24,367 bases of DNA from Octopus sinensis (GCF_006345805.1 NW_021836465.1:1-24367), one strand, 5' to 3'. Counted from the first letter of the stretch, positions 1-10,279 are shown. Numbers and translations: made by a program. The notes: a model not told the origin generated them from the sequence alone.

Positions 1-112
1 CGAAAACCAAAAAAAAAAAATGAGAAAACTCCGATGCACACAAGAAAAACGCCCCACACAAAACAAGAAAGAATATGCTATGAAGCAACATGTTGATTAG
101 TTTTGCACGATT

Positions 113-124
113 CAAAATGGCGGC
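113..124 (+). promoter_or_regulatory. YY1-type motif CAAAATGGCGGC overlapping an ATG (117)
   Basis: Exact CAAAATGGCGGC at 113-124 in unique sequence matches the established YY1 consensus (AAnATGGCGGC). Function is inferred only. Confidence 0.35.
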
Positions 125-488
125 TGAGAATGACAGCGAAAGTGAAAGTAGAAAAAAAAACACCCAAGTTAGCGATATGGGAGAAGAACGACATAACTTC
201 ACCTAACACTACCTCTCCATCCTCTCACAGTATCCGTTATTCCTTAAGGTAGTTTGTGTTAATTTCATCGTTAGCATACCAACATCTCTACCTTGAAGGG
301 GTTAATTCGAAATAAATCATGTTTTTTTTTGTGGTATTGTTTTTGTTGTGTTGCTGCGAATTTTGTAGCAGATGCATTTTTTGTTTGATTATCGCAGTCG
401 CTGTAGATGTTCGTTTATTATTTAGATGTCATATTTTCTCATCCGGATTGTTGTTAACACGTAAATATATGCTGATGTATATATGTAT

Positions 489-603
489 ATATATATGCAT
501 GTATGTATGTATGTATGTATGTATGTATGTATGTATGTATGTATGTATGTATGTATGTATGTATGTATGTATGTATGCATGTATGTATGTATGTATGTAC
601 GTA
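489..603. repeat. (TATG)n tetranucleotide microsatellite
   Basis: Near-perfect TATG run read directly. Confidence 0.95.
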
Positions 604-1154
604 TGTGTGCGCACATACGAATATAAATATATTTATTTATATACCTACATATAGATATATATATGCCTGTATAAAAATTTACGTGTATATTAATATACAT
701 TTGCATATATATACACATATATATATTTATATATATATACCTACATATATATCTTGATATATATATAAACATAAACATATTATATATATATATATATATA
801 TACCTACGTATACATATTTGATATATATGTATATACACACATATTTATATACATATATATGTATATAAATATGTATATATGTATATATATATGTATATAT
901 ATATGTATATAAGTATGTATATGTGGATATATATATAACATAATGGTCCAATAGGAAATGAAAATACAAGTGGATGTCGTAGTAAATGAGTGCGTATGAT
1001 TATATGTATACATATACTATGTAGAAAATATTTAGTACATATGCATATGTACACAAGCAAGGAGAATAGCTACGTGAAAAACGTCAAGTAGTGAATAAAC
1101 ATAAAAAAACGAATACACAGTGTATTAGATATGAGTTATTCAGAATCAGCTCCA

Positions 1155-1221
1155 TGCATACATACATACATACATATATATGCATATATATATATACATA
1201 CATACATATATACATACAAAC

Positions 1222-1252
<31 letters not shown>

Positions 1253-1324
1253 CATACATACATACATACATACATACATAAATACATACATACATACATA
1301 AATACATACATACATGCATGCATG

Positions 1325-1357
<33 letters not shown>

Positions 1358-1776
1358 GCATATATATATATATACATACATACATACATATATACATACA
1401 TACATAAATACATACATACATACATACATATATATGCATATATATATATACATACATACATACATATATACATACATACATAAATACATACATACATACA
1501 CATACTACATATATATGCATATATATATATATACATACATACATACATACATACATACATACATACATACATACATACATACATACATACTAAAATACAA
1601 ATAATACATACATACATATATATGCATATATATATACATACATACAACATACATACATACATACATAATATGCATATATATATATATACATACATACATA
1701 CATACATACATACATACATACATACATAAATACATACATACATACATATATATGCATATATATATATATACATACA

Positions 1777-1811
<35 letters not shown>

Positions 1812-2385
1812 GCATATATATATATCTACATACATACATACATACATACATACATACATACATACAATACATACATACATATATATGCATATATATATAT
1901 ATACATACATACATACATACATACATACATACATACATACATACATAAATACATACATACATACATATATATGCATATATATATATACATACATAAATAC
2001 ATACATACATACATACATACATAAATACATACATACATACATATATATGCATATATATATATACATACATACATACATATATACATACATACATAAATAC
2101 ATACATACATACATACATACACACATACATACATACATACTTAAATACATACATACATACATACATACATAAATACATACATACATACATATATATGCAT
2201 ATATATATATACATACATACATACATATATACATACATACATAAATACATACATACATATATATGCATATGTATATATACATACATACATAAATATATAC
2301 ATATATATGCATATATATATACATACATATATACATACATACATAAATACATACGTACATACATACATGCATACATCCATACAGT
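1155..2385. repeat. Compound (TACA)n array with recurring TATATGCATATA and TAAA interruptions
   Basis: About 1.2 kb of TACA units, interrupted roughly 14 times by a palindromic TATATGCATATA block. Confidence 0.95.
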
Positions 2386-2568
2386 ATATATGCAAACGTA
2401 GTCATATACACATTCATATATAAATACACATGTATGTAATTATATATATGTGTGTGTGAATATATATATGTGTGTATGTGTGCATACATGAAATGATGTA
2501 TGTATAGACGTATGTATATACATATATATATATATATTTATATATACCACCCCCCACACACATACACT

Positions 2569-2599
<31 letters not shown>

Positions 2600-2629
2600 T
2601 GTTGATTCGTTAGCTACTGCACGCATTTT

Positions 2630-2805
2630 TTTTCTCTCCTTCTTTCTGTGTTTTTCTCTCTCTGTGTATCTTTCTGTTGAAGAGCGTAGGCTCGAAACGT
2701 TAAAGACTTGTTTTATTTATATTTCCTGAGCGCCATACTAATACAATTGTTCGTTTGTTTTCCACCTGCCTTCGTCTTTTGTTTATTTTCATAAAGCTTC
2801 CCGTT
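2630..2805 (+). mobile_element. Solo pseudo-LTR fragment of a Penelope-like element
   Basis: Homologous to 18950-19110 downstream of the PLE ORF: shares ctgttgaagagcgtagg(c/t)tcgaaacgt-aaagac, gagcg...actaataca and cttcgtcttttgttt. No adjacent coding sequence. Confidence 0.75.
2669..2706 (+). ncRNA. Minimal type I hammerhead-ribozyme-like motif (variant core CUGUUGA)
   Basis: Stem I UCUUU 2669-2673 / AAAGA 2702-2706; core CUGUUGA+A 2674-2681; stem II GAGC-GUAG-GCUC 2682-2693; GAAA 2694-2697; palindromic ACGU stem III; triplet GUU 2699-2701. A6 is replaced by U, so activity is unknown. Confidence 0.6.
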
Positions 2806-3054
2806 ATATATATATATATATATATATATATACAAATGTATATATGTATAATAAGATGCTAAATGGAGGCGATGCATAAGGAACGTAAAAATATAAATAC
2901 GAACGCAAACGACACGCATAAATTATGTTAATCCGTTGTACGTGTGCGTATGTATATGTGCATATGTTCCCTCACACTCATATCTATACGTAAGCACATG
3001 TAAATTTATGCATAAATCCCAATTTTGCTAATCTGCAATATTATTCTGTCATAA

Positions 3055-3230
3055 GTCTACGGCCATACTGGGGCAGAACTTTAGGTTTCTTTGATCAAAT
3101 TGTCTCCATCACATATTTTAACTTTCGTATGTAATGGCACGGTGGGATTTTGCTAAAGCAAAGATGTCGCTCAATGAAACGGAACTCTAAATTATGTTGT
3201 TAGGTGAAATATCTTAACAAAATACACAGT
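3055..3230 (-). mobile_element. Highly degenerate SINE remnant (family A-like)
   Basis: ggccatactggggcag at 3061 resembles the family A/CR1 tail (ggccatgctgg.gcacc). 3198-3228 loosely resembles the family A head. Confidence 0.35.
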
Positions 3231-3564
3231 TTTATCATATAGATATATGGATTTATGTATATGGATACATATATACGCACACACAGACACACACATATAC
3301 ATAAACACATGCACACATACAAATATTTATAGGCACATAAGTAAATATACATCTACGTATATATAAATATGTATATATATAATCAAAGTTAGCGACAAGA
3401 ATGACTCCGGTAATTTGGTACGATCGTTTCGAACTACATCATTTTATTAAACGTTGTAAGTATTACGATAGTTTTAAAATTCTGAGCACTCATCATCCAA
3501 TTATAGTGGCAACATTATAGAGAAGGTAGATGCGTAGACAAAGATGTGGATTTAAATTTTAAGA

Positions 3565-3566
3565 AC

Positions 3567-3598
<32 letters not shown>

Positions 3599-3654
3599 GC
3601 ACATATATATATATACATATATATACATATATATATATACATACATATATATAC

Positions 3655-3697
<43 letters not shown>

Positions 3698-3825
3698 CAG
3701 ATACATGTATGAACATATTTGCTAACGTAGATGTGCATACACCACACAAAGATACACACAAGGATGCACTCCCACACACACACAGGCATACACTCACACA
3801 AACACACACACACACACATACACAC
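3565..3825. repeat. (TA)n and (CA)n microsatellites
   Basis: Direct reading. Confidence 0.9.
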
Positions 3826-3944
3826 GTATAAGTATAGCTTGCGGCAGAATGCTCGCCGTCCGGCTGTTTTCATAACAATGGTGATATCCGATAAGAACAG
3901 TAACATGGACAACACCAGAACAATACAGTACAAACAACAACAGT

Positions 3945-4020
3945 ATTAATAATAACAATGATAATGATGATAATAATAATAATGATAATAATAATGATAA
4001 TAATAATAATAATAATAATA

Positions 4021-4068
<48 letters not shown>

Positions 4069-4095
4069 TTAAAATGATAACAATAATAATAATTA
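3945..4095. repeat. (AAT)n microsatellite
   Basis: Direct reading; continues on the other side of the SINE at 4525. Confidence 0.95.
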
Positions 4096-4107
4096 TCTTC
4101 TTCTATC

Positions 4108-4520
4108 TTTCTTTTATCTTTTACTTGTTTCGGTCATTTGACTGCGGCCATGCTGGAGCACCGCCTTTTAGTCGAGCAAATCGACCCCGGGACTTATTCT
4201 TCGTAAGCCCAGTACTTATTCTATCGGTCTCTTTTGCCGAACCGCTAAGTGACGGGGACGTAAACACACCAGCATCGGTTGTCAAGCAATGCTAGGGGGA
4301 CAAACACACAAATACACACACATACACACACATATATATATATATACATATATACGACAGGCTTCTTTCAGTTTCCGTCTACCAAATCCACTCACAAGGC
4401 ATTGGTCGGCCCGGGGCTATAGCAGAAGACACTTGCCCAAGATGCCACGCAGTGGGACTGAACCCGGAGCCATGTGGTTGGTTAGCAAACTACTTACCAC
4501 ACAGCCACTCCTGCGCCTAT
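4108..4520 (-). mobile_element. Full-length tRNA-derived SINE, family A
   Basis: Minus strand begins ATAGGCGCAGGAGTGGCTGTGTGGT (A box) ... GGGTTCAGTCCC (B box), followed by a cttgggcaagtgtctt core, an internal TA/TG microsatellite, and a 3' part ending ggcggtgctccagcatggccgcagtcaaatgaccgaaacaagtaaaag. Collinear with copies at 6692 and 21112. Confidence 0.9.
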
Positions 4521-4524
4521 TATG

Positions 4525-4545
4525 ATGATAAAAAATAAAATAATG

Positions 4546-4582
<37 letters not shown>

Positions 4583-4776
4583 TAATAATAATGATAATGA
4601 TAATGATGATAATAATAATAATAATAATAATAACAATAATAATAGTAATGATAATAATGATAATAATGATAATGAATAATGATGATGGTGATGATGATGA
4701 TGATGATAATGATAAAAATGATAACTAATAATAATGATGATGATAAAAATATAATAATAATAACAACAACAACAAC

Positions 4777-4809
<33 letters not shown>

Positions 4810-4855
4810 TATAATAATGATGATAATAATAATAATAAAACTAATAGTAATAATG
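4525..4855. repeat. (AAT/GAT)n microsatellite
   Basis: Direct reading. Confidence 0.95.
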
Positions 4856-4956
4856 ATTTCGTTATTAACCTCAAGGATTTACATTAAGAAAAAACATGGA
4901 CAGCACAGGAAAAAACATAGAATTTGTGTGTGTCTGTGTGTGTGGGTGTTTGTGTA

Positions 4957-5039
4957 TGTGTGTGAGTGTGTGTTGCTGTGAGGGTTTTGCGTATAAACAA
5001 AACTAGCAAAAAAATAATCAGTAATAACAGCAATGATAA

Positions 5040-5070
<31 letters not shown>

Positions 5071-5348
5071 TAATAATTATTATTATTATTAACCTCAACC
5101 TCACCATCATTTTCATATATCATCATCATCATTATTATTGTTATTATTGTTATTATTGTTAATTTTACTGACAGTCCAAATCTGACGCTCGCAGTAATTA
5201 TAATATTTGCTATTCTTAGGAATTAACAATGGAGCGACATACATTTTATTTAATAAAATTACGATATCACATCCTATATCACGATTACATTGTATTACTT
5301 TTTTTATACTGTCTCACAGTCTCAGAGATCAATGTCTACACTTTTTCT
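4957..5348 (+). repeat. Local direct duplication, copy 1 (partner 8448-8916)
   Basis: 5166-5305 aligns ungapped to 8736-8875 (offset 3570) with 8 mismatches in 140 nt. The flanking gagggttttgcgtataaacaa and ctcagagatcaat.tctaca are also shared. Confidence 0.9.
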
Positions 5349-5387
5349 CTGTGTACCACGCCATCTTATATAGATATACATATATAA

Positions 5388-5434
<47 letters not shown>

Positions 5435-5990
5435 ATATATTATGCACATATATATATATAAGATTTAATTACATATACACGTTCATACACACACAAACAC
5501 AGACACACAGATATATATATATCCATCCACGTATATGCATATATATACTTTCATTAAAAGTACGTCCATTCTCCTGTTTAGCCATTCGTATGGATTTCTC
5601 ATATTTTCGTATAATTCTTTTTTTTTTCTTTGTTTTTGCAACCATAAATTTTACAGATCGATATCTGAAATTTCTAGACATTCACTGTCTCACACTATAT
5701 TTTTTCTCCTGAATTTTAATTTCATATTAATGCAATTTATCTAGAATTTTTTCTCCAAAGAAGACATTTTGAACATGAGTCTTCCACCTCAGTAGTCACG
5801 TGTTCATTTGCTTACTGTGGACAAACATATGTGGGTTTTTTTGTCGCCCCAAGTTTTATCGCCCTGCTTCCATGTCAGCAGTCTCGTGTGAACTTGTTTT
5901 ATACTAATGAATATTGTCTAGATTTAGTGCCCAAATATTGACCCCAACTCTTTTGATACAAGTAGTCACATATTAATTGTCGTACTGTGT

Positions 5991-6324
5991 TTATTGTCTG
6001 TGTGATTATTTGTATTTTTTTTGTTTGTTCCTACTCGAGCCAAGCCTGGCTCATAAGGACCGGTTTCATGGTTTCTTTGGCGTAGAGGTTCCTCACTTGG
6101 ACGGGACACCGGTCCGTCGCAGGTGAGCTGCAAGATGCAGGAGGAAAGAGTAAGAGAAATTTGTGGCGAAAGAGTCAGCAGAAGTACGCCATTACCTTCT
6201 GCCGAAGCCGCATGGACCTTAGGTGTTTCGCTCATAAACACACACATTGCCCGGTCTGAGATTCGAACCCATGATCCCTCGACCGCGAGACCGCTGCTCT
6301 AACCACTAGGTCATGTGCCTCCAC
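5991..6324 (-). mobile_element. tRNA-derived SINE, family B, full-length copy
   Basis: Minus strand GTGGAGGCACATGACCTAGTGGTT (A box, plus 6303-6313), GGTTCGAATC (B box, plus 6260-6269), body cctgcgacggaccggtgtcccgtcc...gaaacc...tggctcg (from recall, resembles the Nin/Deu-type central domain), and an A-rich tail. Confidence 0.85.
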
Positions 6325-6340
6325 GTTTATTTGCATATAC

Positions 6341-6615
6341 TTTATTGTCTGTGCGTTTATTTGTATATTTTTTTGTTTGTTCCTTCTCGAGCCACGCCTG
6401 GCTCATAAGGGCCGGTTTCCCGGTTTCTCTGGCGAATAGGTTCCCCACCTGGAGGTGACGCCGGTCCGTCGAAGGTGAGCTGCAAGATCCAGGAGGAAAG
6501 AGTAAGAGAAATTTGTGGCGAAAGAGTCAGCAGAAATTCGCCATTACCTTCTGCCGAAGCCGCATGGACCTTAGGTGTTTCGCTCATAAACACACACATC
6601 GCCCGGTCTGAGATT
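6341..6615 (-). mobile_element. tRNA-derived SINE, family B, 5'-truncated tandem copy
   Basis: Collinear with 5991-6263. Homology stops inside the B box (only AATCTCAGACC remains), so the A box is missing. Confidence 0.85.
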
Positions 6616-6691
6616 AGTATGAAAATCTTGAAATTCGTATATGTCATCTTGGTAATTCTCATACAAATTTCACATTTCTAAACTAACTATA

Positions 6692-7125
6692 CTCTTTTAC
6701 TCTTTTACTCTTTACTCTTTTAATTGTTTCAGTCATTTGACTGCGGCCATGCTGCAGCACCGCCTTTAATCGAGCAACTCGACCCCGGAACTTATTCTTT
6801 TGTAAGCCCAGTACTTATTCTATTGGTCTCTTTTGCCGAACCGCTAAGTAACGGGGACATAAACACACCAGCATCGGTTGTCAAGCAATGATAGGGGAAC
6901 AAACACAGACACACAAACACACACACGCATATATACATATATATATATATACATATATACGACGGGCTTCTTTCAGTTTCCGTCTACCAAATCCACTCAC
7001 AAGGCTTTGGTCGGCCCGAGGCTATAGTAGAAGACACTTGGCCAAGATGCCACGCAGTGGGACTGAACCCGGAACCATGTGATTGGTAAACAAGCAACTT
7101 ACCACACAGCCACTCCTGCGCCTAT
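6692..7125 (-). mobile_element. Full-length tRNA-derived SINE, family A
   Basis: Collinear with 4108-4520. Tail is a (GAGTAAAA)n tandem on the minus strand; head ATAGGCGCAGGAGTGGCTGTGTGG ends at 7125. Confidence 0.9.
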
Positions 7126-7170
7126 ACGAACTATATTTGGAATACAAGATGATATAACGGATTATATCAT

Positions 7171-7300
7171 CAAAAGAGACTGATAGAATAAGTACTAGGC
7201 TCACAAAGAATAAGTCCTGGGGTCGATTTGCTCGACTAAAGGCGGTGCTCCAGCATGGCCACACTCACATGACTGAAACAAGTAAAAAAAGTAACAAAAA
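7171..7300 (+). mobile_element. 3' fragment of family A SINE in opposite orientation
   Basis: caaaagagactgatagaataagtac...aaaggcggtgctccagcatggcc...gactgaaacaagtaaaa is the reverse complement of 6724-6835. Confidence 0.9.
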
Positions 7301-7874
7301 ATTCGATTTGTTATATAGAATTCAAATTTTATATCTCTGAAGAGCAGAAGAGTTATCTATAAATGCTTATTAATATAGGATTTCATTATAGGGACAGCAT
7401 TCTGATACAATATAACTATGTCCTCTGCGAATAATGGTGCACTTTTATGAATAACTTTATTCAGTATATATTTATTATCCAGTAGTAATTTTTCTATTTC
7501 TTGTTACGTGTATTACGGCGTGTTGTGATTTCTTCTTGTAAATGCATGGTGAGTTTATGAGAAACCGTTGCATCAGTTTGACCAATATAACTGCTGAAGT
7601 CCTGAAGTTTATAAACTTTCTATTTCTCAATAGATTACATTAATCATTTGTGGTTTGAACGCGTTTTTATATGTTCTGAGTTGTTATTAATCAATAGGTT
7701 TACATTTTCGTTCTGATGTGGTATGCTATTAGTTTTAGTTGATTGTCGAATGTTAAACAGTCTGTATTTCGTTGTATGAAGATTTTCATTATGTGTTCGA
7801 TTGCCGCTATGCAGTTAATTATTCATAGAATAATTTGTACGCATGATTTCTTTATTTTCATTGGGCGTACTCCA

Positions 7875-8360
7875 ATGTGCGTGTCTCAGTGGTTAGGACA
7901 CGCGATCGTTGGCTCGCGATTTCGATTACTAGCGGCGTGTTGTGTCCTTTAAGTAAGATACTTTCACGTTACTCCAGATCAGTGCTTTTCAACCTTTTTG
8001 CAGGAGCGGAACCCCAAGGAAACATTTCACTGGCTCGAGGAACCCCTGTGCAATAATTTAATAGTCTTATGCACACATATCTGCACAGGAGAATTAAAAA
8101 TTACTGCCGATTTTAGCAGTTTTGTAACTTCTTGCGGAACCCCTGGACTGTACTGGCGGAACCCTGGTTGAAAACCACTGCTCCAGATCACTTAGCTGGC
8201 AAAAGTGAGCTGTATCTGCAATTCAGCCTTGTCACATTCTGTGTCACACTGAATCTTCCTGAGAACTATGTTAATGGTACGCGTGTCTATGAAGTGCTGA
8301 ACTACTTGCACGTTCCATTTATCGGATTAACTGGAAGCCACGTCGTCTAATCGACAGAGT
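7875..8360 (+). mobile_element. tRNA-derived SINE, family C, split by the hAT MITE
   Basis: A box-like tgtctcagtggtt at 7882, degenerate B box ttcgatt at 7921, and gtgttgtgtccttaagtaaga core. The body continues seamlessly across the MITE at ctccagat. Confidence 0.7.
7980..8180. mobile_element. 201-bp non-autonomous hAT (Charlie-like) MITE
   Basis: TIRs CAGTGCTTTTCAACC / GGTTGAAAACCACTG match 14/15; exact 8-bp TSD CTCCAGAT at 7972-7979 and 8181-8188; four subterminal GGAACCC motifs. An 8-bp TSD with CAG-starting TIRs is diagnostic of hAT. Confidence 0.92.
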
Positions 8361-8447
8361 TCTAGTTACTTTTGGGCATATTCTGGAATGTACGGTGTCC
8401 CCATCAATGGCGGCCTGTTAAAGATAGAGTAAATAACCGCTCTCATG

Positions 8448-8552
8448 TGTGTGTGTGAGTGTGTTGTTGTGAGGGTTTTGCGTATAAACAAGATTAAGAA
8501 AAAATAAACAGTAATAAAAGTAGTAATAGTAGTAGTAGTAGTAGTAGTAGTA

Positions 8553-8586
<34 letters not shown>

Positions 8587-8608
8587 TAATAATAATAATG
8601 ATAATTAT

Positions 8609-8640
<32 letters not shown>

Positions 8641-8916
8641 TTATTATTATTATTATTGTTATTATTATTACCATCATTTTCATATATGATCATCATCGTC
8701 ATCATCATCATTATTATTGTTATTATTGTTATTATTACTGACTGTCCAAATCTGACGCTCGCAGTAATTATAATATTTGCTATTCTTAGGAATTAACACT
8801 AGCGCGACATACATTTTATTTAATAAAATTACGATATTAGATCGCATATCACGATTACATTGTATTACTTTTTTTCTACTATCTCAGTCTCAGAGATCAA
8901 TATCTACAGTTTTTCT
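8448..8916 (+). repeat. Local direct duplication, copy 2 (partner 4957-5348)
   Basis: See copy 1. The internal trinucleotide tract is longer here. Confidence 0.9.
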
Positions 8917-9099
8917 GGCGTGGTAACTTGGAGAAGTGCTAGCCACACCTCATCCTTCCGTGCCAGGGATACAGTGATAACGTCGATAGCAGAACGTTCG
9001 ATGAGCGACAAGATGGAGAAGTCGTAGACCCGCGGCTCAGAGGTTATTCCAGCCAAATGGAAGGTCCATACTGTCAGACAACGGTTGGTCACCAACTGC

Positions 9100-9612
9100 A
9101 CACGAACAGCTAATGTGCGGCAACCCCGATGTCGACCATGTTTGCTACACACTGATACACCATTTGGTGCCTGGCGGAGAGGCCCAGAGAGGAAGTCTGC
9201 GACGCCAACTGCATTTTTCACCAACCGAAGGCGTATTTCTTTTCTGTGAGTTCAGCAGATGTCATCGCTGCTGCAGATCAAGAGCAGGTTTTTAAGCCCA
9301 GATACAAATCTGCCAGAGAAGATTTCTGAACTGAATAATCAAAGTTGACCTACAACTGATAACTGACGAAGACATATCACAGGCCTTTAATGATGAGTTG
9401 ACACAGTCCTTAAATCTTAGCCTTGGATTATGCCGGAGTCTCTTTCCACTAAGAAGTCCCCCATATAGCATCTGTTTACGGATCCTGCTATCCTTCATTC
9501 TAATAAGGTGTCAAGTTCAATGTAACCGGTGCTTGTGCACCATTACCTTAATACTCAAGTTATCAAATTCCCTCAGGACCTGTGTATCAGGAGGTTTTCT
9601 TCTACGATGTGA
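9100..9612 (-). pseudogene. RTE-clade LINE ORF C-terminal remnant
   Basis: Translation PDTQVLREFDNLSIKVMVHKHRLH*T*HLIRMKDSRIRKQMLYGGLLSGKRLRHNPRLRFKDCVNSSLKAC matches the RTE post-RT pattern (RLRWxGHxxRMxxxRxPKQxLYGEL...GRPxLRFKD). In-frame stops at 9517-9519 and 9511-9513. The portion below about 9350 is more degenerate. Confidence 0.8.
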
Positions 9613-9727
9613 TAGAGGAAAAGTGAAAGAAAGAAGAGAGAGAGAGAGAGAAGGGAAAAATAAAAATTAAAAAAGTAAACTGAGAAAATAAAAGGGGGGA
9701 AAGAAAAAATCCGCTGCACCAATGTGC

Positions 9728-9786
<59 letters not shown>

Positions 9787-9943
9787 TTGTTGTTGTGTGT
9801 TATTATTACTATTATTACTATTCTATTATTATTATTATTTATTAATTATTAATTATTATTATTTTATTATTATTATTATATATATTATTATTATTATTTA
9901 TTATTTTATTGTTTTGTTGTTATTATTACTATTATTACTATAC

Positions 9944-10000
<57 letters not shown>

Positions 10001-10005
10001 CATTA
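9728..10005. repeat. (ATT)n microsatellite
   Basis: Direct reading. Confidence 0.95.
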
Positions 10006-10230
10006 TTAGACAAAACAGTTTGATTCCGTTACAGGCAATGTAATGTTTCGAGGGGGTGTAATAGAAACCAGACACTTTCGGTAATATAAGCTTGAAAGAG
10101 ATGGCTTCTTCTAGAGGCCAGCAAAACTTCGAGTCGAGTAAAACCGAATCAAGCTGCTTTAAATGATAATTCATATTACTTCTACTCTAAATATCTTGAG
10201 TGCTTTTATCTTTCGTTTGTCCTCTCACTA

Positions 10231-10231
<1 letters not shown>

Positions 10232-10279
<48 letters not shown>

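Noticed and set aside
1-173. Minus-strand acceptor (GCTAAC, poly-T, CAG at 124) followed by a signal-peptide-like MLLHSIFFLVLCGAFFLCA
   Set aside because: The hydrophobic reading and pyrimidine tract arise trivially from the A-rich plus strand; there is no donor or homology support.
1155-2385. Repeat-spacer-like periodicity suggestive of a CRISPR array
   Set aside because: The 'spacers' are TACA runs rather than unique sequence; eukaryotic context; no cas genes.
319-2626. Long ORFs such as 1222-2376 (384 aa) and 1590-2489
   Set aside because: MYVC/YIHT periodic translations of TATG/TACA/TA microsatellites.
6245-6324. tRNA gene (good A and B boxes)
   Set aside because: No complete cloverleaf, and it continues into a SINE body duplicated next door; it is a SINE head.
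4065-7264. Moderately complex ORFs (4065, 4289, 5966, 6357, 6475, 6888, 7022)
   Set aside because: All lie within SINE copies; the repeated peptides reflect repeat homology, not coding.
8904-9224. 106-aa minus-strand ORF as a host exon
   Set aside because: Adjacent to and partly within the decayed RTE 3' region; no recognisable domain or splice support.
10019-10086. Possible 46-nt exon (ttacag|...ttcg|gtaata)
   Set aside because: Short splice-like motifs are common by chance; no recognisable peptide.
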